Source: a virus
Lineage: Duplodnaviria > Caudoviricetes
Length of the DNA: 45,237 nucleotides
Reading direction: 5' to 3' (one strand)
Virus record (IMG/VR): IMGVR_UViG_3300015200_000128
Span: 1 to 45,237 of that record
The position numbers and the translations under genes are program-made. Position 1 is the stretch's first letter. Every line of letters starts with the position of its first letter. Under the pieces are notes generated by a model. That model was not told the DNA's origin. It saw only the letters and a program-made list of their open reading frames with translations, and made no database searches. Positions 28,163-36,853 of this stretch are shown here, piece by piece.

Positions 28163-31100
28163 CTACTCGCCACTGATAGCACTCACCACTTCTTCGTAGC
28201 TGCCACCCAATCTCGCCTGAAGTTCCTCGACAGAACCTTCTGGGAACTCAGGCTGCTCGGGCTGCGGCACGGGCTGTTGCGGGACGGTGGTATGAAGCGG
28301 CGGCAACTCGTTGTTGCGGACCGGTGGCACGAAGTCGGGGGTGTTCGCCAGCTCGTCCTCGGACTTGGGCTGGAGCCCACCGAGGGTCTTGGCGACGAGG
28401 CCGGGGTAGCCGAGCAGCGTCTCTGCTCCCTGCGATGGACCAGAGGTGTAGCCGATGGTGTCACTGACGATACGAGCAGCATCGACGTCGGTGACGAATG
28501 CCTGCCACGCGCTGTAGTCCTCGGGCTGCTCGCCGTCGATGTCCTTCTGGAGGTTCGTCGCCACGCCCTCGACGTAGCGGCGCAGCCAGAGCGGACTGTT
28601 GACCGGCAGGTCCCACGGCACACCGGGCACGAGCATGCCGATAGCCCGGAAGGCGTCCTCGTTCTCGGCCATGAACTGCTTCAGCTCGGGGTCGTTCTCC
28701 ATCTGGTTCATGGTGTGCTGGTACATGGTGTTGACCATGTCGGCGGCGACCCACGGGGTCTTCAGGCCGAACGGGCGGAGCGCGAGGAACTCCACCATCT
28801 CGGGGAGAATCTTGCCCCACATGTAACTGAGCGGATAGAGCCCGAAGTACGGGTGGTTGAGGCTGCGTTCCAGCCACGAGCGGTCGGACTTGAAGTGGAT
28901 GAGGTCCTTGCTCACACGGTCGGAACGGCGGTGACCGGCATACATCCAGTTGAGCGCGGCCTGTTCGTTGACGTCGTAGTTGTAGGCGTTCTGGGTCGGC
29001 GGGGTCCGGTCGATGGTGTCGAACAGGTCCTTCACCTCGGGATGCAGCTCGACTTTCTGCATCTTGCCCCTCGGCTTGACCGGGGCTGTGGGTGCAACCT
29101 CGGCAAACGGGCCGATGTCGGTCGGTGTGGCACCAAGTGCGGCTTCGTCCAGCCCAAGGTCTTCGAAGTAGTTCTCATGCTTGCTGCGCAGCGAGTCGAG
29201 CAGCTCATCCCACGTATCGGAACGGGCGTCCTTGAACTCCTCGGCGCTCTCGTAGTCCTGCCGCTCCATGGTCTGGTACTCATCCAGCAGGTTCAGCTCG
29301 TCGGTGACATCAACGCCCTGCTGCTCCAGCTTGACAAGGTCACCCTCCATGCGCGGCCCGTTGCGGGCACCGGCGTTGTCCCACTTCTCATGCACAGCCC
29401 GGATAGCATCGCGCTGCACACCGGCCTCGACCACATCGGGAGCCGGACCTTCAGCCAGCTTGGCCGCACGCTCGGCCTCGTGCGCCGTACGCCGCCCCTC
29501 GTACGCCGCCATCTCGGCCTGATGCCGGGTGACCTCGGCGTCGAAGACGGTCGGGTCGGCCTCGACCCTGACCTTGCGGTCCTTCAGGTACTTGCTGTAA
29601 TGCTCGGCAAGTGGGACCAAAGCAGGGTTACGCATGGCATCGGGACCCTGCCGCATGTACTCGATGAGCTGGTCAGCCAGCCACTCCTGCTCGTCCACCG
29701 TGAGGGTGGCCTGCCGTGACTTGGCCCCGATGGTCGGAGCGGTGCCCTCGCGTCCGGCATAGATGGCCTTGGCCCTGCGGATGGCGCTCGGCTGGAGGGT
29801 GCGGTTGACGTAGTCGTGCGCGTACTCGTGCGCGAGCGTGTCCGCTGCCTTGCGCTTGGGCGAGACATATATCTGGGCGCGGCGCGGCTTCTTGCCGCCC
29901 TGACTCAGGGCTGTTCCGGCGTCCTCGATGGCTCCACGAGGGGCACCCCCGGGGGTTCGCTGGAAGAGGCGTCGTCCTCGGGCAGAGTCAGCGGCAGCGA
30001 GTCGGGCTGCTCGGCGACCACGGGGGCTTCGCTGGAGATATCCGGCGGGGTCGGTGAGGTCAAACCCTGCTGCTCCGGCGTTGGCTCTTCCGGCTCGGTG
30101 GGCGGCTGTTTCCCGGGCTGCCAAGGATTGGTAGGCGTCTTCGTAGACCATGCGCCCCCACTGCCGACCTTCACGGTCCAGTTCTCTTCGGACATCGGGC
30201 TGGTCCTCCAGATGCTGTGCGTATCCCTCGCCGTTGGGGTTGGCTGTCCAGTCGTTCTCCAGCTCCACCACGTCGGCGTAGCCGCGCTTGATGTCATTGG
30301 ACCACGCCGGGTCGAACTTCGGGCTGTACACCCCGTTGCCGGTGGTGAAGTCGTAGGCCCCACCCGGGCGCTGGAGGTAGAGCTGGACGCCCTCGACCTC
30401 GTTCCAGTCATCGACCAGCAGGTTGACGTCGAGGTCGATGGTCCCACGGTCGGGGTCACGGAACACGCCGAGGTAGGCGTTCTGCCGTGACAGGTCGCCG
30501 CGATGGGCCTCGATGTAGGCATCGACCGCCGCATGGAAGTCGGCCTCGTTGACGTCGAGCGGCAGGCTGGTCGTGTCGCTGATGCCGGTGGCGTACGGGC
30601 CACCACCGCGCTTCTCGCCGTAGGCCTTGGGTCGCTTGCCGTTGTGCAGGTCAACGGTCAGTCCGCCCCAGCCATCGTCCACCTCGGCCTGCACGCTGTC
30701 CCACAGGTCACGACCCAGCACAGCTCGCTTGCTGTCACCGTAGTTGATGGGCTTGGCGTCGGTCAGGGACTGCTGGATGCGGCGCTGACCGAGGTCCTTG
30801 ATGCCCTGCTCCCGGGCACCGGCTGCCATCGGCTCGTCCGGGTTGACGTAGCGCCCACGCGCATAGCCCTCGGGCGAGCTGACGGTCGAGTACAGGTCAC
30901 GCAGCTGGACGTCGTTCATCCGGGCCGTGAAGTCGGTCAGGTTCTCGCCCGCGTTTGCGACCACCCGGACGACATACGTGCCGTCGGCCCGCCGAGTCAG
31001 GTCCGCGTCGCCGAAGAACTCCGGCGCATCCTCGGCCAGCGCTCGCAGCGCACCCTGCATCTCGTCCGGTGCGATGGAACTGGGGAACGACACTTCGACC

Positions 31101-34100
31101 ATGTGTCGCACGCCGTTGGACTTGGTCGGCTTGGCGAGGGTTGCCCGGGTTGCCCGCACGCGAGCCTGTCCCGAGGTGGTACCAAGCACCGCGAGGTGAC
31201 GGCGGATGCTGTCCGGCGAAGACATGACTTCGAAGTTCGTGGCGCTGCCAGCTCGCCCGTCCACGATGACGACGCTCTGGTTGGACGAGATGGTCCGGGT
31301 GCCAGCAAGCCGAGAAGCCTCGTCGTTGAACAGGTTCGCCGTCCTACCGGCGATGGCCTGAGCCGTGCGCTCCGAAACCTCTGGGTAGAGGACATGCATC
31401 GGAGCCGTAGCCGACGGAGTGACCTCGACTTGCGACACCCGGGTCGAGTAGACGCTGTCGTAGAAGGCAGTGCGCGGGTCACCCGTCTCGTCGCCGAAGA
31501 CGGTCTTCCCCTTGAACCAGCCCAGTGCCTGTGCCTCGGCAGGCACCCAGTCGGTGCGACCAAGGAAGCGCGTCTGGTTCAGGTAGTCGGTGGCGTCGTT
31601 GTAGAACTCGATGATGGCGTCGTACTCGACATCGTTCGGGTTGCCACCGACCTGCTTGGCGTCGATGTCGAAGCTCTGCCCGTTCTTCTTGTCGGTGAAC
31701 CGGAAGCTGTCCTTCAGCTTCCCGTTCTCTCCTCGGACCCGAATCTTCCTGATGGCGTAGTCGTCGCCGTAGGCGTACTGGAGGTGCTTGAGCATCTTGG
31801 CGTCGATGTAGCCGACATCTCGCTTGGCCCAGATGTCGCCCGCCACAGCGCCCCATGTCCCCTTGGGGCCACGTACGGGTACCGTCCGCCCGTCCACGCC
31901 GATAAGGGAGTCCACGAAGTCGATGAGCTTCTGCCCCATCCCCGCCTGTGAGACATAGCCTTCCTCCAAGAAGTGCTTGAGCGCCGAGCCGTTCAGACCC
32001 GCTGTCTTCTGGAGGACCTTTGCATCGGCGGGCAGGTCCTGCCCCCGGCGCATGGTTTCGACCACCCGGAGCATGAACTTCATGCCATCGACCGGGGACG
32101 TGTTGAGCTGGGTGATACCAAACGCCATCAGCAGGTGGGTCGCCTCCTCCTGCTGGTTCTCACTGAGAGCCATGAACCCACGGCGCATGTCGCTGTACCA
32201 GCTGGCATGCTCGGCCAGCTGCTCGTCGGACATGTTGTTCTGCAACTCTTCGACCCACTCTTGTGGCGTCTTGCGCCCACCGAGTCGGTGCGTAATCTTG
32301 CCGTCCGCATTGCGGGCGATGAGCCGTCCGTCCTCGACACCCAAGATGAGCCCGGGCGTACCGACCTTCGGGTCGGCAGCACGCTGGGCCCGGGCCTGCT
32401 GGAAGGTGCGGCCCTTCGCCTGCGCGGGCGTCAGGTCCTTCACCGCCGTATCCCGGCGCAGCGCCGTGTCGTGCCGCCGGATGGCAGCCGACTCGGCGTC
32501 ACCGATGCCGATGTCGGAGGGGCGCAGGTTGGCCGGGACGTAGCCGAACTCATCGGCGAACGCTCCGCGCACCGCCGTGCCCCCGGCTGCTCCCTCGTGG
32601 CGGATGATGGTGACCGGGATGTTGACGCCCTTGAGCGCGTCCGGCTTCTCGCCTGCCAGCTGGATGAGCGCCGCCACCCGGTGGTTGCCCTCGTCCACCT
32701 TGACCGTCCGGTCGGCCTTGCCATAGGTCAGCTGGATGGGCTCGCGAATGCCGTTCGACTTGATGTCGGCAGCCAGCGTGTTCAGCTCAGCCGGTGTCAT
32801 CCGCAGGGCGTTCCCGGGCTGGATGTCGGCGATGAGGTTCATCGGCACCAGCTCGGTGTAGGGAGCCAGCGCGTGACCCTCCCACTCCAGCTCGGCGACA
32901 GCCGGGGGCAGCCCGATGTCGGGCATCTTGGGCTGGCCTATCTGGGCCATCTTGCCGCCGACGACGACCGCCTCGTGGTCGAGCGGGACGACCGACATGC
33001 CCCGTGCCTCGGCAGCATCGACGGTCAGCTGGAACAAGGTCGTCGGCTTCCACTGGCCGGTCGCCTCGTCCAGCGACTTGGGCGCACCGTGGTACTTGTC
33101 GGCCAGCGACTCGATGAGTGGCAGACCCTCGTCCTCTGCCACGATGCGGTGGTAATCCATGATGCGGGCGGCTTCCTCGGGGCCACCAATCTCGGCCAGC
33201 GTGGCCTCAAACTCCGCCTCGGTCGGGTACTCCATCCGCCACTTGGTCTTCTCGATGTACTGCTCGTCGGCACCGAGAGCGCGAAGCCGCTCCTCCATCC
33301 AGCCGGGAGTGACGACCGTGTCCTTTGGGTCGAGGTAGCGGGCCCGGAGCTGGGCGAAGGTCGTCCCCTCGTCCAGCATCTCGCCGCTCAGCCCCTCCAT
33401 CACGACCTTCTCCGACCAGCGGGCACGCTTGCCGAGGAAGCTCGGGCGGAAGAACTCAGCCGGGTTGTTGTGGGCCATGACGGCGCTGAACGCAGCGTTC
33501 GGGTCGTTGCGGATGAGCATGTCGTTGAACCAACGAACCGCCACCTCGCCCTCGTCGGTGACACCAAGGGAGCTGTAGTAAGCCCGCATCGCGTTCCACT
33601 GGACGGGTGACTCGCGCTGGAGCATCCGCTTGATGTTGTCGCCTTGGTCCCGGCGGAAGGCGATGAGCTGGCCCCGGGTCTTGACCCGGGCCACGCCGTT
33701 GTCGTTGAGCAGGGCGGTGAGCGCCCTGCCCTCGGACGACGACGCGGCTCGTGACGCAGCCGCTGACCCGTACCGGACCACGTCGGTGTGTTCAACCATG
33801 TCGGTCGCGTAGCGCGAGTCGGACGCGAAGGCATCCATCATCACGGCGGTCTGATAGTCGATGTCGTGGGCTCGCTGTATCTCGGCCCGCTTACCCTCCC
33901 AGAACGAGGCCAGCTTGCTGCCGCGCTCAGCCCCGCGTGCCTCGCGCAGGCCCGCCCGCACGCCCGTCAGCGGACCGGTGAACTGCCCCGGCGAGGCCAT
34001 GCCCCGGGCGATGAGCAGGACGGGTGTCTCGATGCCCTCCTGAAACTGGAAGAACGGGTTCCACTTGAAGCGGACATTCGGGTAGTACCTCTCGGCCAGC

Positions 34101-36853
34101 GTACCCAGCCGGGTGGTCCCAAGCCGGTTCGCCTCGACAGCCTTGAGCCGCCCCGTGAACTTCTGGCTGAGCCCGACCTTGCCGAGCGAGCCCTCGTGCG
34201 CGAAGAAGATGGCGTTCTGAATCTGCTTGGTCGTCATCTTGTCCTTGAGGACCTGCGGCAGCTGCGCCCGCTGGGCTGCCGAGTACAGCTCATTGCTGTA
34301 CAGGCCACGCGCCGAGCTGACCTCGTGGATGGCAGCCTCCTGCCGGATGAGGTGCATGACTTGGTCGCTCTGCTCACGGCTCAGGCCGACGTTCTCGGCC
34401 ATACGCTGGGCGAAGCGCCGGTTCTGCTCAATGACAATCTGCGAGCCCGAGATGCTGTTGAGCAGGCGACCGGTCAGCTGCGAGACGACACCAGCTGGCT
34501 TGATGTCACCCATGTTCATGTCCACGCCACGGACGTAGTCCATGAACGGGTCAATGGACGTGATGCGACCGGCCTTGTTCTTGCCGACGGCGAACACGTC
34601 CTCACCGCGCAGCCCCAGCTGCATCGAGTCGCCGAACTTCTGCTGGAAGGCACGCATCGCGGGCGTGAGCGAGGCCGGGTCGATGGCATCGGGCAGGTTC
34701 TCGGCCAGCCCGTCGAGCAGCTCGTCGGCCCGGGTCAGCAGCTCGTCGTCAGACAGGGCCTGCGACAGGTTCCACTCCAGCACGTCGTACTGACCGATGG
34801 CTCGCCGCACCTCGCCGATGTCGCGGGCCCCGATGGCCTTGCGCAGTTCGAACGCCCGGGACTTGGTCAGCTGGGTGGGACCAAGGAAGATGATGCGGTC
34901 CACGAACTCGGGGGTCAGCCCCATCGCCGCGACCTCGGCCTTGCTGAGCGTCCGGGCATTGAGCAGGCCGTCGGCCATGTGACCGTACTGCATGAACCGG
35001 ACCACAGCCAGCTGGTCGGGCGACATCTTGGCCGTGACACCGAGGGCCACCTCGTCGGACAGGCCGTACATCTTGCTGATGAGCCCACCGACGAACTTGC
35101 GCTCACGGGCGACAGCCGTCTCCATCGTCTCGCCCGCCTCGGGCACGATGAGGTCCTTGACCTTGTCCATCTTGTGGCGGACCAGACTCTCGACGTCCCT
35201 GCCGTGCCGGGACAGCATGTCCTGCCCCATGTTGGTGAGAGCAACCGGGTCGGCGGCGTCCTCCACGCCGATGCCCAGCCGCGTATGCAGCCGAGCCACT
35301 GACTCGCCGCCTACCTGCTGGGCCACGTTGGCGAAGGCAGTGCCGAGGTCGCCCGAGATGCGGTCCATGCTGACGCCCGCCTTCTCCAGCGCCGTCATCA
35401 CCGGGGCGATGTTGTGCTTGCCCAGCGAGTTGGTCGCACCGTTGATGATGTGGAGCGAGACGGCCTTGTTGGCCGCACGTCCCATCCGGTCCGAGCCGAA
35501 CAAGCTCAGCGGGTCGAGGACGTTCTCGGCCTTCTGCATCCAGTCGAGGACGTGCTGGTTGGCAACGAACGGGCGCTTCAGGATGCCGACCGACTCCATG
35601 CTGGCCTTGACCGCCGGGTCCTTCGCCATCAGCCCGTAGCGCATCAGGTTTCGGTCGGTCGCCTCAACGCCCTTGGGCAGCATCGAGATGAGGCGCTCCT
35701 GCTCACGAGCTGCACCTTGGATGGCGAGTTCCTTGGCGGCGTCGGTGCCTGCCCGCACCAGCCCCTTCTCGACACCGTCCTTGAGCGCCGCCTCACCAGC
35801 ATCGGCCAGCAACCGAGTGAGGCCCTGCGCCGCGCCCTTAGCCGACATCTTGACGCCACCACCCACCCCGAAGGACAACAGATTGGTCGGGTCAGTGAAC
35901 GTCTCAAGGCCCAAGCTCGCCCCGGCGGCGATGAGGTTTGCACTCACCTCGCCGAACAGCTGGAACGGGGTGCCCTTGCCCAGTTCGCGCAGCCCGGTGA
36001 TAGGCGCGGACTGGCCGATAGGCTCGGTCACGCCATAACCCGCCAAGGTCAGCTCATCGAGCGCCGCGTCGCGCTTGAGCTTGCCGGACCTGACGTCCTC
36101 CCTGATGCGAATGAGGTCGGGGTTGTTCTCCAGCTGCAAGTCGCTCTTGTTGACGAGGTCCTTGATGCGCTGGTCACCGCCCAGCCCACCGAGGTGACGC
36201 TGCACGCCCTGCGATGCGACGTTCATCCCGGTGAACACGTACTGAGCCAGCCCGCCGAGGTTATCGTCGGACGGAGTCAAGGCCATGCCCCCGAGGAGCT
36301 TCGACATCTGGCCCGTCTCGGTCGCCCGCATACGAGCGAACTCGGTCATCATCCGAGTGTTCTGCATCCAGTCGGTGTTGGCGTCACCCGCCCCCTGCTG
36401 TTGGGCCCACGTCGTGTATTCCTGCTCATGGCCCTTGATGAGTTCCATCGACATGGCCTTCTGCTGCTGCTGCATCAGCGAGAAGCCGGTACCGATGAAC
36501 GGGATGGCCTCGGCGAACGGCAGCTCGCCCAACTTGCCCAGCGCACCAGCTGCCATGCCGAGCAAACCGCCCTTGTCTTCCCCGCCTTGGAAAGCCCCGG
36601 GCTTCGCCAGCAGCGCTTCGGACTTCTGAGTGACGGGCCGACCGAACAGGTTGACCGACGACTTGCCCACACCGGCATAGGGGCGGCGCGTGTCGAGGTC
36701 ACCGCCCGTCGAGGCTGACGGCGGTGGTGCCATGAACGACTTGGCCGAGGTGGCGTTGCGCGAGTAGTAGCGGCTCGCGCTGAAGCCTGACTTCGTCGGA
36801 GCTGAGCCACCTCCGAGCGCTCCCGTGCGCTGAAGAATCTCGTGCAGGCCCAT
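28163..36853 (-). CDS. Giant polyvalent / internal virion protein, 2896 aa
   Basis: ParB-like motif (IKSNGIREPI...EGNHRVAAL), HEYAH metallopeptidase motif, WY...K..F...DIW...QA..W motif series; FTDPTNLL N-terminal pattern. Confidence 0.8.
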   Translation of the reverse strand: MGLHEILQRTGALGGGSAPTKSGFSASRYYSRNATSAKSFMAPPPSASTGGDLDTRRPYAGVGKSSVNLFGRPVTQKSEALLAKPGAFQGGEDKGGLLGMAAGALGKLGELPFAEAIPFIGTGFSLMQQQQKAMSMELIKGHEQEYTTWAQQQGAGDANTDWMQNTRMMTEFARMRATETGQMSKLLGGMALTPSDDNLGGLAQYVFTGMNVASQGVQRHLGGLGGDQRIKDLVNKSDLQLENNPDLIRIREDVRSGKLKRDAALDELTLAGYGVTEPIGQSAPITGLRELGKGTPFQLFGEVSANLIAAGASLGLETFTDPTNLLSFGVGGGVKMSAKGAAQGLTRLLADAGEAALKDGVEKGLVRAGTDAAKELAIQGAAREQERLISMLPKGVEATDRNLMRYGLMAKDPAVKASMESVGILKRPFVANQHVLDWMQKAENVLDPLSLFGSDRMGRAANKAVSLHIINGATNSLGKHNIAPVMTALEKAGVSMDRISGDLGTAFANVAQQVGGESVARLHTRLGIGVEDAADPVALTNMGQDMLSRHGRDVESLVRHKMDKVKDLIVPEAGETMETAVARERKFVGGLISKMYGLSDEVALGVTAKMSPDQLAVVRFMQYGHMADGLLNARTLSKAEVAAMGLTPEFVDRIIFLGPTQLTKSRAFELRKAIGARDIGEVRRAIGQYDVLEWNLSQALSDDELLTRADELLDGLAENLPDAIDPASLTPAMRAFQQKFGDSMQLGLRGEDVFAVGKNKAGRITSIDPFMDYVRGVDMNMGDIKPAGVVSQLTGRLLNSISGSQIVIEQNRRFAQRMAENVGLSREQSDQVMHLIRQEAAIHEVSSARGLYSNELYSAAQRAQLPQVLKDKMTTKQIQNAIFFAHEGSLGKVGLSQKFTGRLKAVEANRLGTTRLGTLAERYYPNVRFKWNPFFQFQEGIETPVLLIARGMASPGQFTGPLTGVRAGLREARGAERGSKLASFWEGKRAEIQRAHDIDYQTAVMMDAFASDSRYATDMVEHTDVVRYGSAAASRAASSSEGRALTALLNDNGVARVKTRGQLIAFRRDQGDNIKRMLQRESPVQWNAMRAYYSSLGVTDEGEVAVRWFNDMLIRNDPNAAFSAVMAHNNPAEFFRPSFLGKRARWSEKVVMEGLSGEMLDEGTTFAQLRARYLDPKDTVVTPGWMEERLRALGADEQYIEKTKWRMEYPTEAEFEATLAEIGGPEEAARIMDYHRIVAEDEGLPLIESLADKYHGAPKSLDEATGQWKPTTLFQLTVDAAEARGMSVVPLDHEAVVVGGKMAQIGQPKMPDIGLPPAVAELEWEGHALAPYTELVPMNLIADIQPGNALRMTPAELNTLAADIKSNGIREPIQLTYGKADRTVKVDEGNHRVAALIQLAGEKPDALKGVNIPVTIIRHEGAAGGTAVRGAFADEFGYVPANLRPSDIGIGDAESAAIRRHDTALRRDTAVKDLTPAQAKGRTFQQARAQRAADPKVGTPGLILGVEDGRLIARNADGKITHRLGGRKTPQEWVEELQNNMSDEQLAEHASWYSDMRRGFMALSENQQEEATHLLMAFGITQLNTSPVDGMKFMLRVVETMRRGQDLPADAKVLQKTAGLNGSALKHFLEEGYVSQAGMGQKLIDFVDSLIGVDGRTVPVRGPKGTWGAVAGDIWAKRDVGYIDAKMLKHLQYAYGDDYAIRKIRVRGENGKLKDSFRFTDKKNGQSFDIDAKQVGGNPNDVEYDAIIEFYNDATDYLNQTRFLGRTDWVPAEAQALGWFKGKTVFGDETGDPRTAFYDSVYSTRVSQVEVTPSATAPMHVLYPEVSERTAQAIAGRTANLFNDEASRLAGTRTISSNQSVVIVDGRAGSATNFEVMSSPDSIRRHLAVLGTTSGQARVRATRATLAKPTKSNGVRHMVEVSFPSSIAPDEMQGALRALAEDAPEFFGDADLTRRADGTYVVRVVANAGENLTDFTARMNDVQLRDLYSTVSSPEGYARGRYVNPDEPMAAGAREQGIKDLGQRRIQQSLTDAKPINYGDSKRAVLGRDLWDSVQAEVDDGWGGLTVDLHNGKRPKAYGEKRGGGPYATGISDTTSLPLDVNEADFHAAVDAYIEAHRGDLSRQNAYLGVFRDPDRGTIDLDVNLLVDDWNEVEGVQLYLQRPGGAYDFTTGNGVYSPKFDPAWSNDIKRGYADVVELENDWTANPNGEGYAQHLEDQPDVRRELDREGRQWGRMVYEDAYQSLAARETAAHRAGRANAGAAGFDLTDPAGYLQRSPRGRRAARLAAADSARGRRLFQRTPGGAPRGAIEDAGTALSQGGKKPRRAQIYVSPKRKAADTLAHEYAHDYVNRTLQPSAIRRAKAIYAGREGTAPTIGAKSRQATLTVDEQEWLADQLIEYMRQGPDAMRNPALVPLAEHYSKYLKDRKVRVEADPTVFDAEVTRHQAEMAAYEGRRTAHEAERAAKLAEGPAPDVVEAGVQRDAIRAVHEKWDNAGARNGPRMEGDLVKLEQQGVDVTDELNLLDEYQTMERQDYESAEEFKDARSDTWDELLDSLRSKHENYFEDLGLDEAALGATPTDIGPFAEVAPTAPVKPRGKMQKVELHPEVKDLFDTIDRTPPTQNAYNYDVNEQAALNWMYAGHRRSDRVSKDLIHFKSDRSWLERSLNHPYFGLYPLSYMWGKILPEMVEFLALRPFGLKTPWVAADMVNTMYQHTMNQMENDPELKQFMAENEDAFRAIGMLVPGVPWDLPVNSPLWLRRYVEGVATNLQKDIDGEQPEDYSAWQAFVTDVDAARIVSDTIGYTSGPSQGAETLLGYPGLVAKTLGGLQPKSEDELANTPDFVPPVRNNELPPLHTTVPQQPVPQPEQPEFPEGSVEELQARLGGSYEEVVSAISGE

